Of a stretch of 64,000 bases of DNA, positions 48,821 through 59,779 are shown piece after piece; the first letter of the stretch is position 1, and each line of letters starts with the position of its first letter. Source of the stretch: Lama guanicoe (Eukaryota); the NCBI GenBank assembly GCA_013239625.1, contig MU053561.1:5067214-5131213 (forward strand), read 5' to 3'. Under the pieces are notes generated by a model. That model saw nothing but the letters and a program-made list of their open reading frames with translations, was not told the origin of the DNA and did not search any database. A program made the translations under genes and the position numbers.

Positions 48821-51800
48821 GATGCATTGCAATTGCTCTACATTTTACCATATTATGTAGAAAATACTGAAAATACAAGCTACTTTGTAAAACCAAAGAC
48901 AAACATTGAATCCAAAGATAAACTATGTTTTACACAATGGACCCTTTTCCCGTAGTTAGTATTAAATTTTAAATATCTATTTCTTTTGTTAAAATGATTA
49001 TTTTACATACTCCCTAAGTACATCTGCATTACAGAGTTCAGTAATTCTCAGAAACTGTTTCTAGAGGCTTGTTGTAAAAGAAGCGCACAACCAGAAAAGG
49101 GAGAAAGCAAAAAAGTTTAAATCGCACACAATAACTAGCATATCAAATACATTTAATAAAGTTGGAATTCCATTGCAATATCAAGAATTCAAAGCAGAAA
49201 CACTAACATTACATATAATGTACATAAAATGTACTGCTACATGTAGTGAGATTATTTTTCAAGCTGAATCAAAACCACACATTATATAAAGTTTAGCAAC
49301 AAACAACCATGTAGACATGCTGCACCATCCATCAGTTTAAAAAAAAAGAAAATCGAAATAGGAAGCAGGCTTGGGTCATTCCTGTCACTGAGAGGCAATT
49401 TCACTTCCTATCCTAAAACAAACCATCCTAACCAGTGGGGTTTTGCATAATAATGCTGAATAAAACACACAGTACTGTGCTTGCCTGGCTACGGGCAGTC
49501 AAGCTGAGTCAAGCTGAGCCCCTCGAGTGGAGGACGATGGATGACCAGAACTGCTTAAATGGAGTTCTTCTTCCTGGGGCTGGGATTTTAGCTGAGCAGT
49601 GACAGCAGTATCACCTCCTGGGAGCTAACAAAAACTGCGCAGTGACAGAGCGTCCAGATGAGCCGAGAGTGGCTGGACCTAACCCTTCCCACTTTCTCTC
49701 TCACCCTAAAAGGGAGAAGCTGGAAACAAGTTCTGAGAGGACTTAAAGCCTTAAGCTGGTCGGAGGTCAGGCCACTGTGACCCGGACCAGCTGCTCACTT
49801 AATTCATGGGCTTCCCCCGTCCTGTCAGGGCCAGCAAAGTTAAGCCCCAGGGACAGAATCTAAAGCCACATTGAGCACATACACATTCAGTAGACACAGG
49901 TGGGTTTTTATCTTGGTAAATCTGAAACGCCAATTTGCAGACTAAGACTGAAAATCTCTAAAATTCTTAAAGCCACACATTGCTAGTAAGGTGATTAAGG
50001 TAACATACAAGCGCCTGGTATCGCCTTCTCCCCGTGAAGACTCCTGTCTTAAGTGGTATCCTCTTACTGGACTGGGAGGTGGGGACGGGGGGGGAGAGGG
50101 AACCTGCATCTCATTTCTTACAAAAATAACAAATCTTATCCCTTGTCAAGGAAAGATAAGGAACAAAAAATGTTTCCATTAGAAACTAGATCTGCCTTTG
50201 AGCAAGAAAATGAGAATGTGCTTAGCAAAGAGAGACATAAAGATCACACACACTGGCCAAAAAGCTGTATAACACCAATGACAGAAACTATACAAACTGC
50301 CTGGGTATCTTGACCAACATGGTGCTGAGAACACAACTCAATATAATGATTAAAAAAATTCAGAAAACACCGACATGTTCCTGTTAGGCTGTACTGACCA
50401 TCTGCCCCCTCTTGAAAGCCCTTCCTCCTTACAATGAAGAAATTCCAAATACCTTGACAGCTCCTCGGTGTCCACCCCGGTACAGAGCTTGCTGACCAGG
50501 CTCCATGAAAATCTCCCATCTCCATCCTGCACCTCCTTGACACCATCTCTACGAAGAACCAGTCCTAGACTTATCCCTCAAATACACAATTCTCAGTTCA
50601 GATGGAACACGTCTACATCTCAGGGTTAACCTTCTTCCCCCAAATCTTTTACGGGCAGGAACTTGCCATCCCCACTACCCTCTACTTGACCCAGATCCGT
50701 GTAGGAGCTAAGAGTACAAGGACAATTTCACAGTTTGAAGGGCCCCAAGAATATACAAGTTGTTAAAAAGAAACCTCAAAAGCCCAGTGACTCACAGGCT
50801 TTGGTTCCCTCTTAATATTCTTCACCAACTAAGAGACCTTTCTGTGAATTCCCTGTCAACAGTGGCATCACGAGACTCCTCCTCACAGTATGGGGACGTG
50901 GTAAGCAACACAACAGGCTCTTTGGTATAAACACATTTGTTACATGTTTTTATTCAACAAGCAAATATTGTACTAGGAATGTCGACTATGTGCAGGAAGG
51001 ACTGCCACGTGGGAAAAGGAAAAAACAAATCTCATCTAAAAGCGATTGCACATACTTAAAAAAAAAAGAAAAAAATGCATATTTCATATTGGCTTGACTC
51101 CTCTCACCTGCTTCCCGAATTCTCACAGAAGCAAGGTAGCAACGCACAGTGAGAGAGTCGCATGGGGAAAACGCCTCCGTGAGAGCTCAGCTGAGAATCC
51201 AAAATGGAAAGGGGTGGAGGTGGCCGTAAGGAGAGAAGCTGCTGTTTTTATTTTTCAGTGTCGGCCGGGAAACTGAGAACAATGCATTTACACAACACAG
51301 CTACTAATCCTGTTCTGGTAAATCCCAGTGAACAGCTCGGGGTCCACGGGGCCTTGCTGGTCCATCCTAAGGCAAGCTCACTGTAAACTCTATTAACCAC
51401 TACATTATCATATAAGGCACTACAATAAGGGAAGGAGGAGAAGGGGAAGGAAGAAACACACACTGAACAACTCCTCACCAGACACACCTGTGCAAAACAA
51501 TTCCAAGGGTCTCCTCTCCCTGCAGGCAATGGCCCTGCCCACTCAGCACTACAGTAATATGCTCTAATATAACTGCAATTAGTTCACATACATTCCAACA
51601 AGTATCAGTTCATTTTGGTTTAAATACAATGGAGACATCAATTCCGTCTCCGGGGTAACACTGGAGGATCAGATACACACTAAATACACAATTCAAGTGT
51701 AATCACTACACATTTGATTACAAATAACATTTGGGGTTAGCGGGGAAAAATTGCTTGTTATAGTCTTCTAATCAATATGTACATATTTAATTATGCAAAA

Positions 51801-53075
51801 TATTAAAACACCACCATTACAAAACTTCTAAAATATTTTTAAATTCAGTAATAAATTTTTAAAATATTTTTTGCAATTCCTACATGCACTTATTGTATAA
51901 GTCTTAATAAGAGAGCATTCAATTTGCTGCTGGCATACAAAGAAAGCTACTTTAAAGTATAAAAGCTATACACGACCTTCTTACATCTGGTTGCAGATCC
52001 TTTCACTTTCTCCCCAAATAAACCACACAGAACGAAGGGAGAGATGAGGCAAAGAGAGAGGTGTATTACTGAAAATTCATACTCATCTTTAGGCAAAGCT
52101 CATCAATGCCAGTATCACATAATACAAAGAGATTCTGAATATAATAAAACCACCACCACCATACAATAATAACCACCTTAATGGCTTTTCCGATAATAAA
52201 ATTTAAGCTGAATCAGAGAGAGAAGGACTCTTTAAAAATAATTTAAAAAGAACGCACAAGGCTTCATTTAAAAAGAACACCTGGTGCTTTCACGGTAGGT
52301 ACGGATTCTCTCACACTAAGTTACCAGCAAATGGTGAGCTGCCTTTTAAACACTACTTTATAATAAACACAGAAGCAACTGAGAGAATCCCCATAGTAAC
52401 AGAGCAGTACGTAGCCAGTTTTGCAAAAACAACAATTTCCCATTAAGTATCACGTGACATGAAAAGAAAACAGTGTAAGTTTAAATGTCCCATTAGCAAA
52501 GGTAAAATTTCAAGGAGAAATGCGAGATAGTAAAATACAGACTTGTGCAAGCTGCTTTCAAAATAAGCAATTAAATTGGTCTTGGTTTTTAAACAAGCAG
52601 AAAGCAATGAATTTTCTTTTCTTACTTGTTATCAGATTTCAAGTCCTTCTATCAGCATTTGTCCTCTGACCAGCAATTACAATAACACAAAGTTAAATAA
52701 AGAGGGGCTTCATTTGTTTTTAAAAGCATTTATAGAAATCAAGTCAGAGAGAGAAAATATTTTTCAAACGGTAACTTCAGAATGATCTCTCTTCCTTGGT
52801 AACTGCAGAAGATGGGCATCTGAACTCTCCCAAATACCAAAAATGCTGTCACAAAAAATAAAGAATTAAAAAACAGGGCAGACTTTGGGAGACTACAACA
52901 ATGCAGTCAGCACTGAGACAGGTTCCCCAGAGAAAAGCCCTCTGCTTCAGTGGGCCCCTGCAGAGCACATTGCTGGCTAAGGAGTTTCAGGAGAGGGTAG
53001 GGGAGGAGTTCATCACAGCCCGTTACTAAGAACTCTGGGCCAGGTTCTTGACCCCTCCTCCCTCACGCTCACCAA
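48795..53075 (-). other. HIPK1: HIPK1 3'UTR (~4.3 kb)
   Basis: AU-rich sequence with no recognisable transposons, running from the stop codon to a distal AATAAA; many miRNA seed matches; 3' end approximate. Confidence 0.8.
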
Positions 53076-53564
53076 CTACAAGTAAGAATACTGGCTGATC
53101 TTGGTAGGACTCAGTGGGTATCCAGTGTAAATTGTTGAGCCTCGGGAAGACCCAATGTAAGACTGGGTGGCAAACTGGTGTTGGTACTGAGCAGGGGCCA
53201 CGCTGGCAGAAGTGAGGAGGCTGGGCCCAACACTGACAGGGACCTGGTGCACCAGAGTGCTCGGGTGGGTGGTATAGGCTGCAGCATGCCTTGAGGAGCC
53301 TTGTGGGGAGAAGAGATGAGCAATGGAGCTGGTGGAGCCCAGTGCAGCAGCAGAGGTGGGGGCCGCATACGTATACAGGTGAGGCTGGCTCGGCAGATGA
53401 GCAGGGGCTGGGGCCAGGTGTGGGTGCCCCGTCGAGTGGAGTGGGCTGCCGTGCTGGAAGGCGTAGGGGGCTTGGGAGAGCGGGGCCACAAACGCCTGCT
53501 GCCTGCGGGGGGCAGGGTTGCTGCTTCTCTCCTGCGAGGTTGGAGCTGAAGATGACTGCTGGTT
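53076..53564 (-). CDS. HIPK1: HIPK1 last coding exon (Tyr/His-rich C-terminus ending [16 protein letters not shown])
   Basis: ORF 53076..53489 extended to CAG acceptor 53565-53567; TAG stop 53076-53078; characteristic HIPK1 C-terminus. Confidence 0.97.
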   Translation of the reverse strand, partial: NQQSSSAPTSQERSSNPAPRRQQAFVAPLSQAPYAFQHGSPLHSTGHPHLAPAPAHLPSQPHLYTYAAPTSAAALGSTSSIAHLFSPQGSSRHAAAYTTHPSTLVHQVPVSVGPSLLTSASVAPAQYQHQFATQSYIGSSRGSTIYTGYPLSPTKISQYSYL

Positions 53565-54661
53565 CTGGAAGAAAGAAGAAGGGAGTGAGGAATCCCAAGG
53601 TCACTCTGGTTCAGGGCACCAAAGGCACCAAAGGCACCAAGGCCAAGTTGAGAGCTGAGGGTCTAACTTATACCACTTCTGGGCTGCCATAGCACAGAAT
53701 CTCCCAGACTGGCAATGCTGTCAGAAGTCAGCCATCCATCCCTCTGCCTCTTGGCAGAATAGATCCTAACCCAGCCCAAATAGCAGCAGTTTGCTCTCAA
53801 GTATGACAGAGGAAAAGGGGGAATCAAAAGTTCACAGGGGTACCCACTCCTGCAAGCGAGTAACTGTTGACTCAACTCACCCTATTCTGGCGTCAGTGAC
53901 TTTGAATTTTTCCTAACCTTTCTTCCTTGCCATTGTTTTCTTTTGTTCTCCTCTAAGTTCTTCATATCCCTCTTGAATTGTGGAGCCTAAAACACATGCA
54001 CTAACTCGAACTTACATTTGTACTTTCTCTCTCACATGCATACAAACACACATGCATGTGCACACATCCAGCTACACCCTCATATTCACACTTTCTCACT
54101 CCTGGTAGACATCATACAAGCACCAGAATTTTAGCTGAGGAAAAAGTGAACACAAACAGAAGAGTGACCCTCCCCACTCCATCAGAGGATCAGATCTGGG
54201 GAAAAAGCCCCAAATCCCTGACTCATGCAACACGTAGGACTAGAATGAGTTGATTAAGTGGCCAGAAAGCTTTTCACTGCCTCCTGGCTCAAGTAAACAG
54301 TGTAAGGCTCAGGTTATTTATGACCCGAGAGGTAAAGGAGGAGAATCTGGTCTCAGTGCATGTGGTGGTGTAGAACCAGGCACGGACTAAAGCATCCTAG
54401 GCTCTTTCTAAATTCCAGACATTTCTCTAATCTTCCAGGCCAGACTAGGGAGGTCTGAAGGAGAAGCTGTGTACATCCTGAACACACAGAGGGACTGAAG
54501 ACACGGCACATGCAGGAATGACGCAGGCCATGGGACACCAACTGTCGGACACAAAAGGGGCTTCATTTAGCTTTATTCAGCAGTCCAGCCAGAAGCAGGG
54601 TTCTCCAGAGAGGAACAATAGGGGGGTCCCCAAACAGAAGGCAGCAGCCCCTAGCGCTTAC

Positions 54662-54792
54662 CTGGCTAAGGTTGAGTGGCTGTGCAGCGCTGGTCCCCCC
54701 GCGTTGAGCTCGATACCCCGTGGGGGTGATACAGCATCCTGACGACTGCCCACTCACCGAGGCCACGGGCTTGGTCTTACTGCTCAGGAGAC
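54662..54792 (-). CDS. HIPK1: HIPK1 penultimate coding exon; [44 protein letters not shown]
   Basis: ORF 54563..54766; TAG acceptor 54793-54795, GTAAGC donor 54656-54661; 131 nt. Confidence 0.95.
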
Positions 54793-56426
54793 CTAGGAAA
54801 GGGCCAGGCCTGAGTCATGAGCAGACATCAGCTCAGTATCACTGAGCTAAACCTCAGGTGGCATTTTATTAATCAGGCCATGTTTGCAAGAGTTAAGGTT
54901 TCATGTGTATCTTATTTCCTTAGTTACATTTACACTAGAAGAACAAAAACTGTATTATCCATTTCTTTTCTGTCTTGCTACAAAGCTCCATAAAGGATCT
55001 TCAAAAGGTTCGCTTCAGTAAATATTACAGTAAATATGTAAGGTACTGTTAGAAATAAAAACACAAGTAAGACACAGTCCCTCCTCCCAAGAAGCCTAGA
55101 GTTTTATGTAGGAAGGGTCTGAACAAGTACAGAAATGACAGTGTGAAACTGAGTAAGATATTGGTAATATTGAGAACATTCAAGTGTCAAAAGGATTTAA
55201 ACGAAGTCAAGATTATATCTTGCTAGGCATTCACTGTCTTCAAATTCTAAGAAACTGCTGGGCAGTTGAATACAAGCATGATCAATTTCCAAAATTTTGC
55301 TTCCTTCTGTGGTCCCACTAGGAAAACTGGAGCATTTATTCAGTGGCTTGTGGAGTACCTTATTTTCTTTGGACCCAACAGCAGGCAGAGCTCCTAATCA
55401 TGCTGCTCAGTAGCCTGGCATCAGGAAGTTGTGCCTTGTCTGCAATGGTACAGTTGTCTACTTCTGAGGAGCAGGACCACACACCTTCAAGCTAGAGCCC
55501 TGTCTATGCAGACACATTCCATTTGGCAGGAATGTAACTCATAGTAAAACACTAGTTTATAAAAGTATGGAAGAGATGGCTACACTGATGCCAACATTTC
55601 ACACTCCCCTCCTCTGGTGTCTAGAGTTGCCACAGGAAAACAGCTGCTCAGACAAGGACTACATTTCCTGGACCCCCTTGCCCCTAGGTGGGGCCATGTG
55701 ATGAGTTTTCACTATTTTCAGAACTAAAGGGGTTAAAAACTATGTGTGCCTCCTCCCTAGTCTCTCTTTCCTGATTGAACATCGAGGGTTCCAAGGCTCT
55801 GCAGGCCCCCCAACCAGGAGGACTTGCACTGGGAAGTCATGCGAATAACAAGTAAACTTCTATTATGTCCAGCCAGGAAAACTCGGGCCTGTCACCGCAG
55901 TTAGCATTACCCAATAACTGGACCAGGGAGCCTAAACCCAGCAGCTAACAGAGCACAAGAGATGGAGGTAATCAGATTGATAATAAAACCCACAAAAGCA
56001 TCACTGCTACACCCACCGCTGGGTGAGAAAAGACCTAAAGTACATACTGTTTTCCAAAACACTTTTGCAGTCATTTGTAATATTATCAATTCCTGTTCAC
56101 TTCTGGATTGTAAAGTCGAATCATCTGTGGCAAAAAGCCAAACTCCCTGCCACACAACATGCGCTTACCCATCTTCTCCCATCAACAGTGAGCATGTTTC
56201 TGAGACTGCAAACTCATCTGTATATGAATCCAAGCAAAATAAAAATAGGAAGACAAATTGATGGCCAAAAACAATTTGACATCACAAGGAACTGATTTCT
56301 GAATTAATTAATTTTTAAGAAAATCTATGCCACCGGTCCGTACCATTGGCATAAGTGCATTAGAGCAAAATATGAGAGGGGCACACATCACACCAAGAAT
56401 TCAAGTCTAGCTGTGAAGATACTCAC

Positions 56427-56668
56427 CTGAGGCCTGGGTTGCTACGGTGCAGTCACCAAGCTGAGTTTTCAGTGGAGGTACAATGATGGTGCGGGTGCCA
56501 GCGCCATCTCCCACGACTCTGCCAGGCCCCTCCGGAAGGGGCCCACTGTTGCCCCGGAGAGCGCTCAGGGTATCAGTGGAATAGGGGCTGCTCAAAGAAG
56601 AGTCAGAGTCTGGAGAATCATTGACAGTGACGTAACTGATGACATTAGACCTTGCCTTCAGGCCAGAG
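56427..56668 (-). CDS. HIPK1: HIPK1 coding exon; [39 protein letters not shown]...DCTVATQAS
   Basis: ORF 56407..56793; CAG acceptor 56669-56671, GTGAGT donor 56421-56426; 242 nt. Confidence 0.95.
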
Positions 56669-58212
56669 CTGAGGAGAAGAAAGTACATGAAAATTTGACG
56701 TGAAAAGCAATGTTTCTTTGATGGTCTCTGGTCCTCCCAAAATAACCATGATGATGATGATGACAGTAATAATAACAACAGTGGCAGCAGCAAACTCCTG
56801 AGTGCGGATTATGCATCAGGCACTATTCTTACACTCCACACACATCTCACTGAACCCTCACAACACCTCTGTAAAGTAGGTACTATTATGCCTGCCCTGC
56901 AGATGAGGAAACTGAGGCAGAGGGAGATGAAGAAACCTAAGTAAGTGGTAAGTGGTGAAGACAGGATTCAGACCCAGGACAGAGAGACTGCAGAGCACAT
57001 ACCTCCAACAACTGTTCCATGTGGCCTCGCAGCCATTCCCATTCACAGTTATGTCAACAGTATTCTTCAAACACCACTTTTTTTCCTATCTCCCTGCTAG
57101 ACTGTAAGTGGTTTGTCACTTTTAATCAAACTTCTTGCTATAGGTGTTTTTAAAAAAACTTCTTCACAAATGGATTCCTGCCTTACTAACTTTACTTTTC
57201 CCTTATTTTTTAATAGGCATGGCTCCAGTCAAAGCAATCCTACTGGTTATTTAATTTTTGTCAGTACTAAGCCACTTTTCCTCACTGGAAAGTTTACTAT
57301 TTTTCTTCACCAAATCAATTCAAGGGCCATTTTTAAAACTTAGTTACAAGTCTACCTACCATTTGTAGATAGCCATTTGTAAAAACCATTTTGTAACTGT
57401 AAATAGCTCTTTTGAAGTACTTCATTGTAAATTTACTCTTTCAAGTTCCTTTAAACTTCATATACATATGACTGTTCAGTCTCCTAAATTACTTTTATGT
57501 GTCATCCTACCGCCTCAGGTAAAAGTAAGGTTATTCTGTATGTCTAACACCAAAAACCCAATGAAGAACACAGAACAATCAAGGCAACTATGTTCACATT
57601 AAGGGAGGTATCACAGTTCTTAAATGTATCCACTCTCTCTCAGTTAACTACCCAGTTAAGGACCTGGATAAGGTGCTGGGATAAGAGGAAGTAATCTGGT
57701 ACTGAAGCTGAATGACCATAGAGCAGAATGGGGAAAAGAAGGTAGACCTACTTAAAGTTCTACCTCTTCTAAAGAGGCCTGTTCAGATTAACAACTTACA
57801 CAAATTTCAAATAATCTCATACCTACCGACTTGTTCCAATTAACTATTGTTTAGATGCTTCTGTTATATTATCTGTTCTGAGACTCTAAAGTTCCTTAAA
57901 GGCAGGGGATCATGTCTGTAGCATACAATGTACATTCCAAGCCAGAGGAGCCTGACAACATAATACACACCTTCCATCTAATGTATCTGAAAGACTGATT
58001 TAACTGATGAACATGTGTAATATTACAGAAAACTTGGCAATGCTCAGTTATGGAAATTTGACTGTTTTGGCTCACTAGTCCAAGGCCATGCTTCCAAAAT
58101 ACCCTTTGTTACTCCTTCCTTTCCTGGCCAAAACTGGGCTACTTGCCTGAAGACAACAGTCTAAGACCGAGGGTAGGAGTCACTGAGCCAGGGAACCATT
58201 CCCCTTTCTTAC

Positions 58213-58419
58213 CTATTGGGCTTGTATTTGTTGTCCTCTTCCTCATCAGTGTCACTGCGGATAGTGATGACACTCACAGGAGGGCTGGGAGTGTCTGGAA
58301 TGATGATTGGCTGATGCTGATCTTGTACGGGGACTAGGGAATTATAAGAAGATGTGGTGCGGAGGGGGCTGCTCCCAACCAGAGAATAGACTTGAGATGG
58401 CAGAACATCCAGAGAGGAC
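58213..58419 (-). CDS. HIPK1: HIPK1 coding exon with SUMO-interacting motif and acidic tract ([22 protein letters not shown])
   Basis: ORF 58209..58466; VSVITI plus acidic tract is the HIPK-family SIM; CAG acceptor 58420-58422, GTAAGA donor 58207-58212; 207 nt. Confidence 0.95.
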
Positions 58420-58910
58420 CTGTAGGAAAAGGTTACAAGAAATATCATTGAGTGCTTGGTCCCCAAAATTATACATTTTTCCCCCCAGAACTCTTTCCAA
58501 TTTGCTCTTTGATTCCTTTCTACCTAATGATTATGTCGATACACTTAACTATATAAAAGTTCCAATAAAAAAATAAACTAACCACTCTAGCCAGTGTTTC
58601 CAGGGACAAGAACACCAAAACAGAACACAGATTTTATTTTTGTATGCCCTTTACCCCATGGTTAAATTTCACTCTATAAAGTGGGCAGAAAAATAAAAAC
58701 ATCAGAAAAAAGAAAGCTGGATTCGAAGTAGCAGCAGAGAGAAAGTATTAGCATACCAGGACACCTCTACGCACGCCCAAAGGGTAGTTCTTTTCAATTT
58801 GGCAGCTACCTGCTGCTTCACACCAAAAATGCCTATACCACAACACTCCAAATGCCGGGCAACACAGCTCTCAAGCTGGCAGTTTTAACTATCAGCCCTA
58901 CGAGACTTAC

Positions 58911-59093
58911 TTAGAAGAGACTGGAACAGACTGCTTATTCTTCTTGGAAGGGAGGGAACTGGATTGTTGCTGTCTGACAACATGCGCAACGCCAACATTA
59001 AGGGGCTGAGCGGTGGCCAAGGTCACATGGTTAGTCAGCAAGGATGGCTGCTGCATAATAGTGCTGTACTGGTTGCCATGAGAGTGGGCATTC
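58911..59093 (-). CDS. HIPK1: HIPK1 coding exon; [60 protein letters not shown](K)
   Basis: ORF 58907..59212; CAG acceptor 59094-59096, GTAAGT donor 58905-58910; 183 nt. Confidence 0.95.
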
Positions 59094-59317
59094 CTGTACC
59101 AACAGAAAGAGAAGAGTGAATGCCTAAAATACTGGGAAGTTAGCACCAAATAGGTACTAAAAGCAATTAAAACAACCAAATAAAACTGCGTTTTATTTTT
59201 AAAGTTGGGCACCTGGATTATAAGGCTCTTAGGTTTTCACTGTATGGTTTCTAATTACATAAGACTTTCCTTAAATCTGAAGTAAATAATAGCTGAACTT
59301 AAACCTGTTACTTCCTG

Positions 59318-59436
59318 GGGAGAAGGGGAGAGGGTATAGCTCAGTGGTAGAGTGCATGCTAGGCCCTGGGTTCAATCCCCAGTACCACCTCCAAAAACAA
59401 AAACAAAAACAAAAAAACTTCCCATCCCCCACTCCA
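59318..59436 (+). mobile_element. tRNA-Ala-derived SINE (Vic-1-like) in a HIPK1 intron
   Basis: GGGTATAGCTCAGTGGTAGAGTGCATGCT...GGTTCAATCCCCAGTACC, (CAAAAA)n tail, degenerate TSD AAACCT.TT..TTCCTG. Confidence 0.8.
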
Positions 59437-59636
59437 AACCTATTGTTTCCTGTATTAAAAGTTTTCTTGTAACTCCATCTTCTTGCCTGATATGGAGTCT
59501 TTTCTTCAAGGATTTCAAAGAGAGGTAAACTCACCTTCTCTTTATTTTCTTCCTAGTCTCACCAAATCCTCAAATGCTCCTACCCTAAGGGATGCGCCCT
59601 TGCAAATCTCCCAGAGAGAAACACAGGGGCACTTGC

Positions 59637-59779
59637 CTCCAGTCTGTGAGCTGCTGGCCACTGCCCATGGCCTCTGGAATCACTGCTGTGGGCTGGACAG
59701 AGTTGTGCAGAGCTACCCCAGGCAACTGTTGCCAAGTTGAAGGCAGGAGAATTTGTTGGGTTCCTCCAGGCCAAGCCTG
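59637..59779 (-). CDS. HIPK1: HIPK1 coding exon; [47 protein letters not shown](R)
   Basis: ORF 59585..59797 contains the peptide; CAGCAG tandem acceptor; non-canonical GCAAGT donor at 59631-59636; 143 nt. Confidence 0.93.

Noticed and set aside
49497..49518. 10-bp tandem AGTCAAGCTG x2 in the HIPK1 3'UTR, and a 12-bp tandem near 25670-25692
   Set aside because: Short slippage duplications with no further structure
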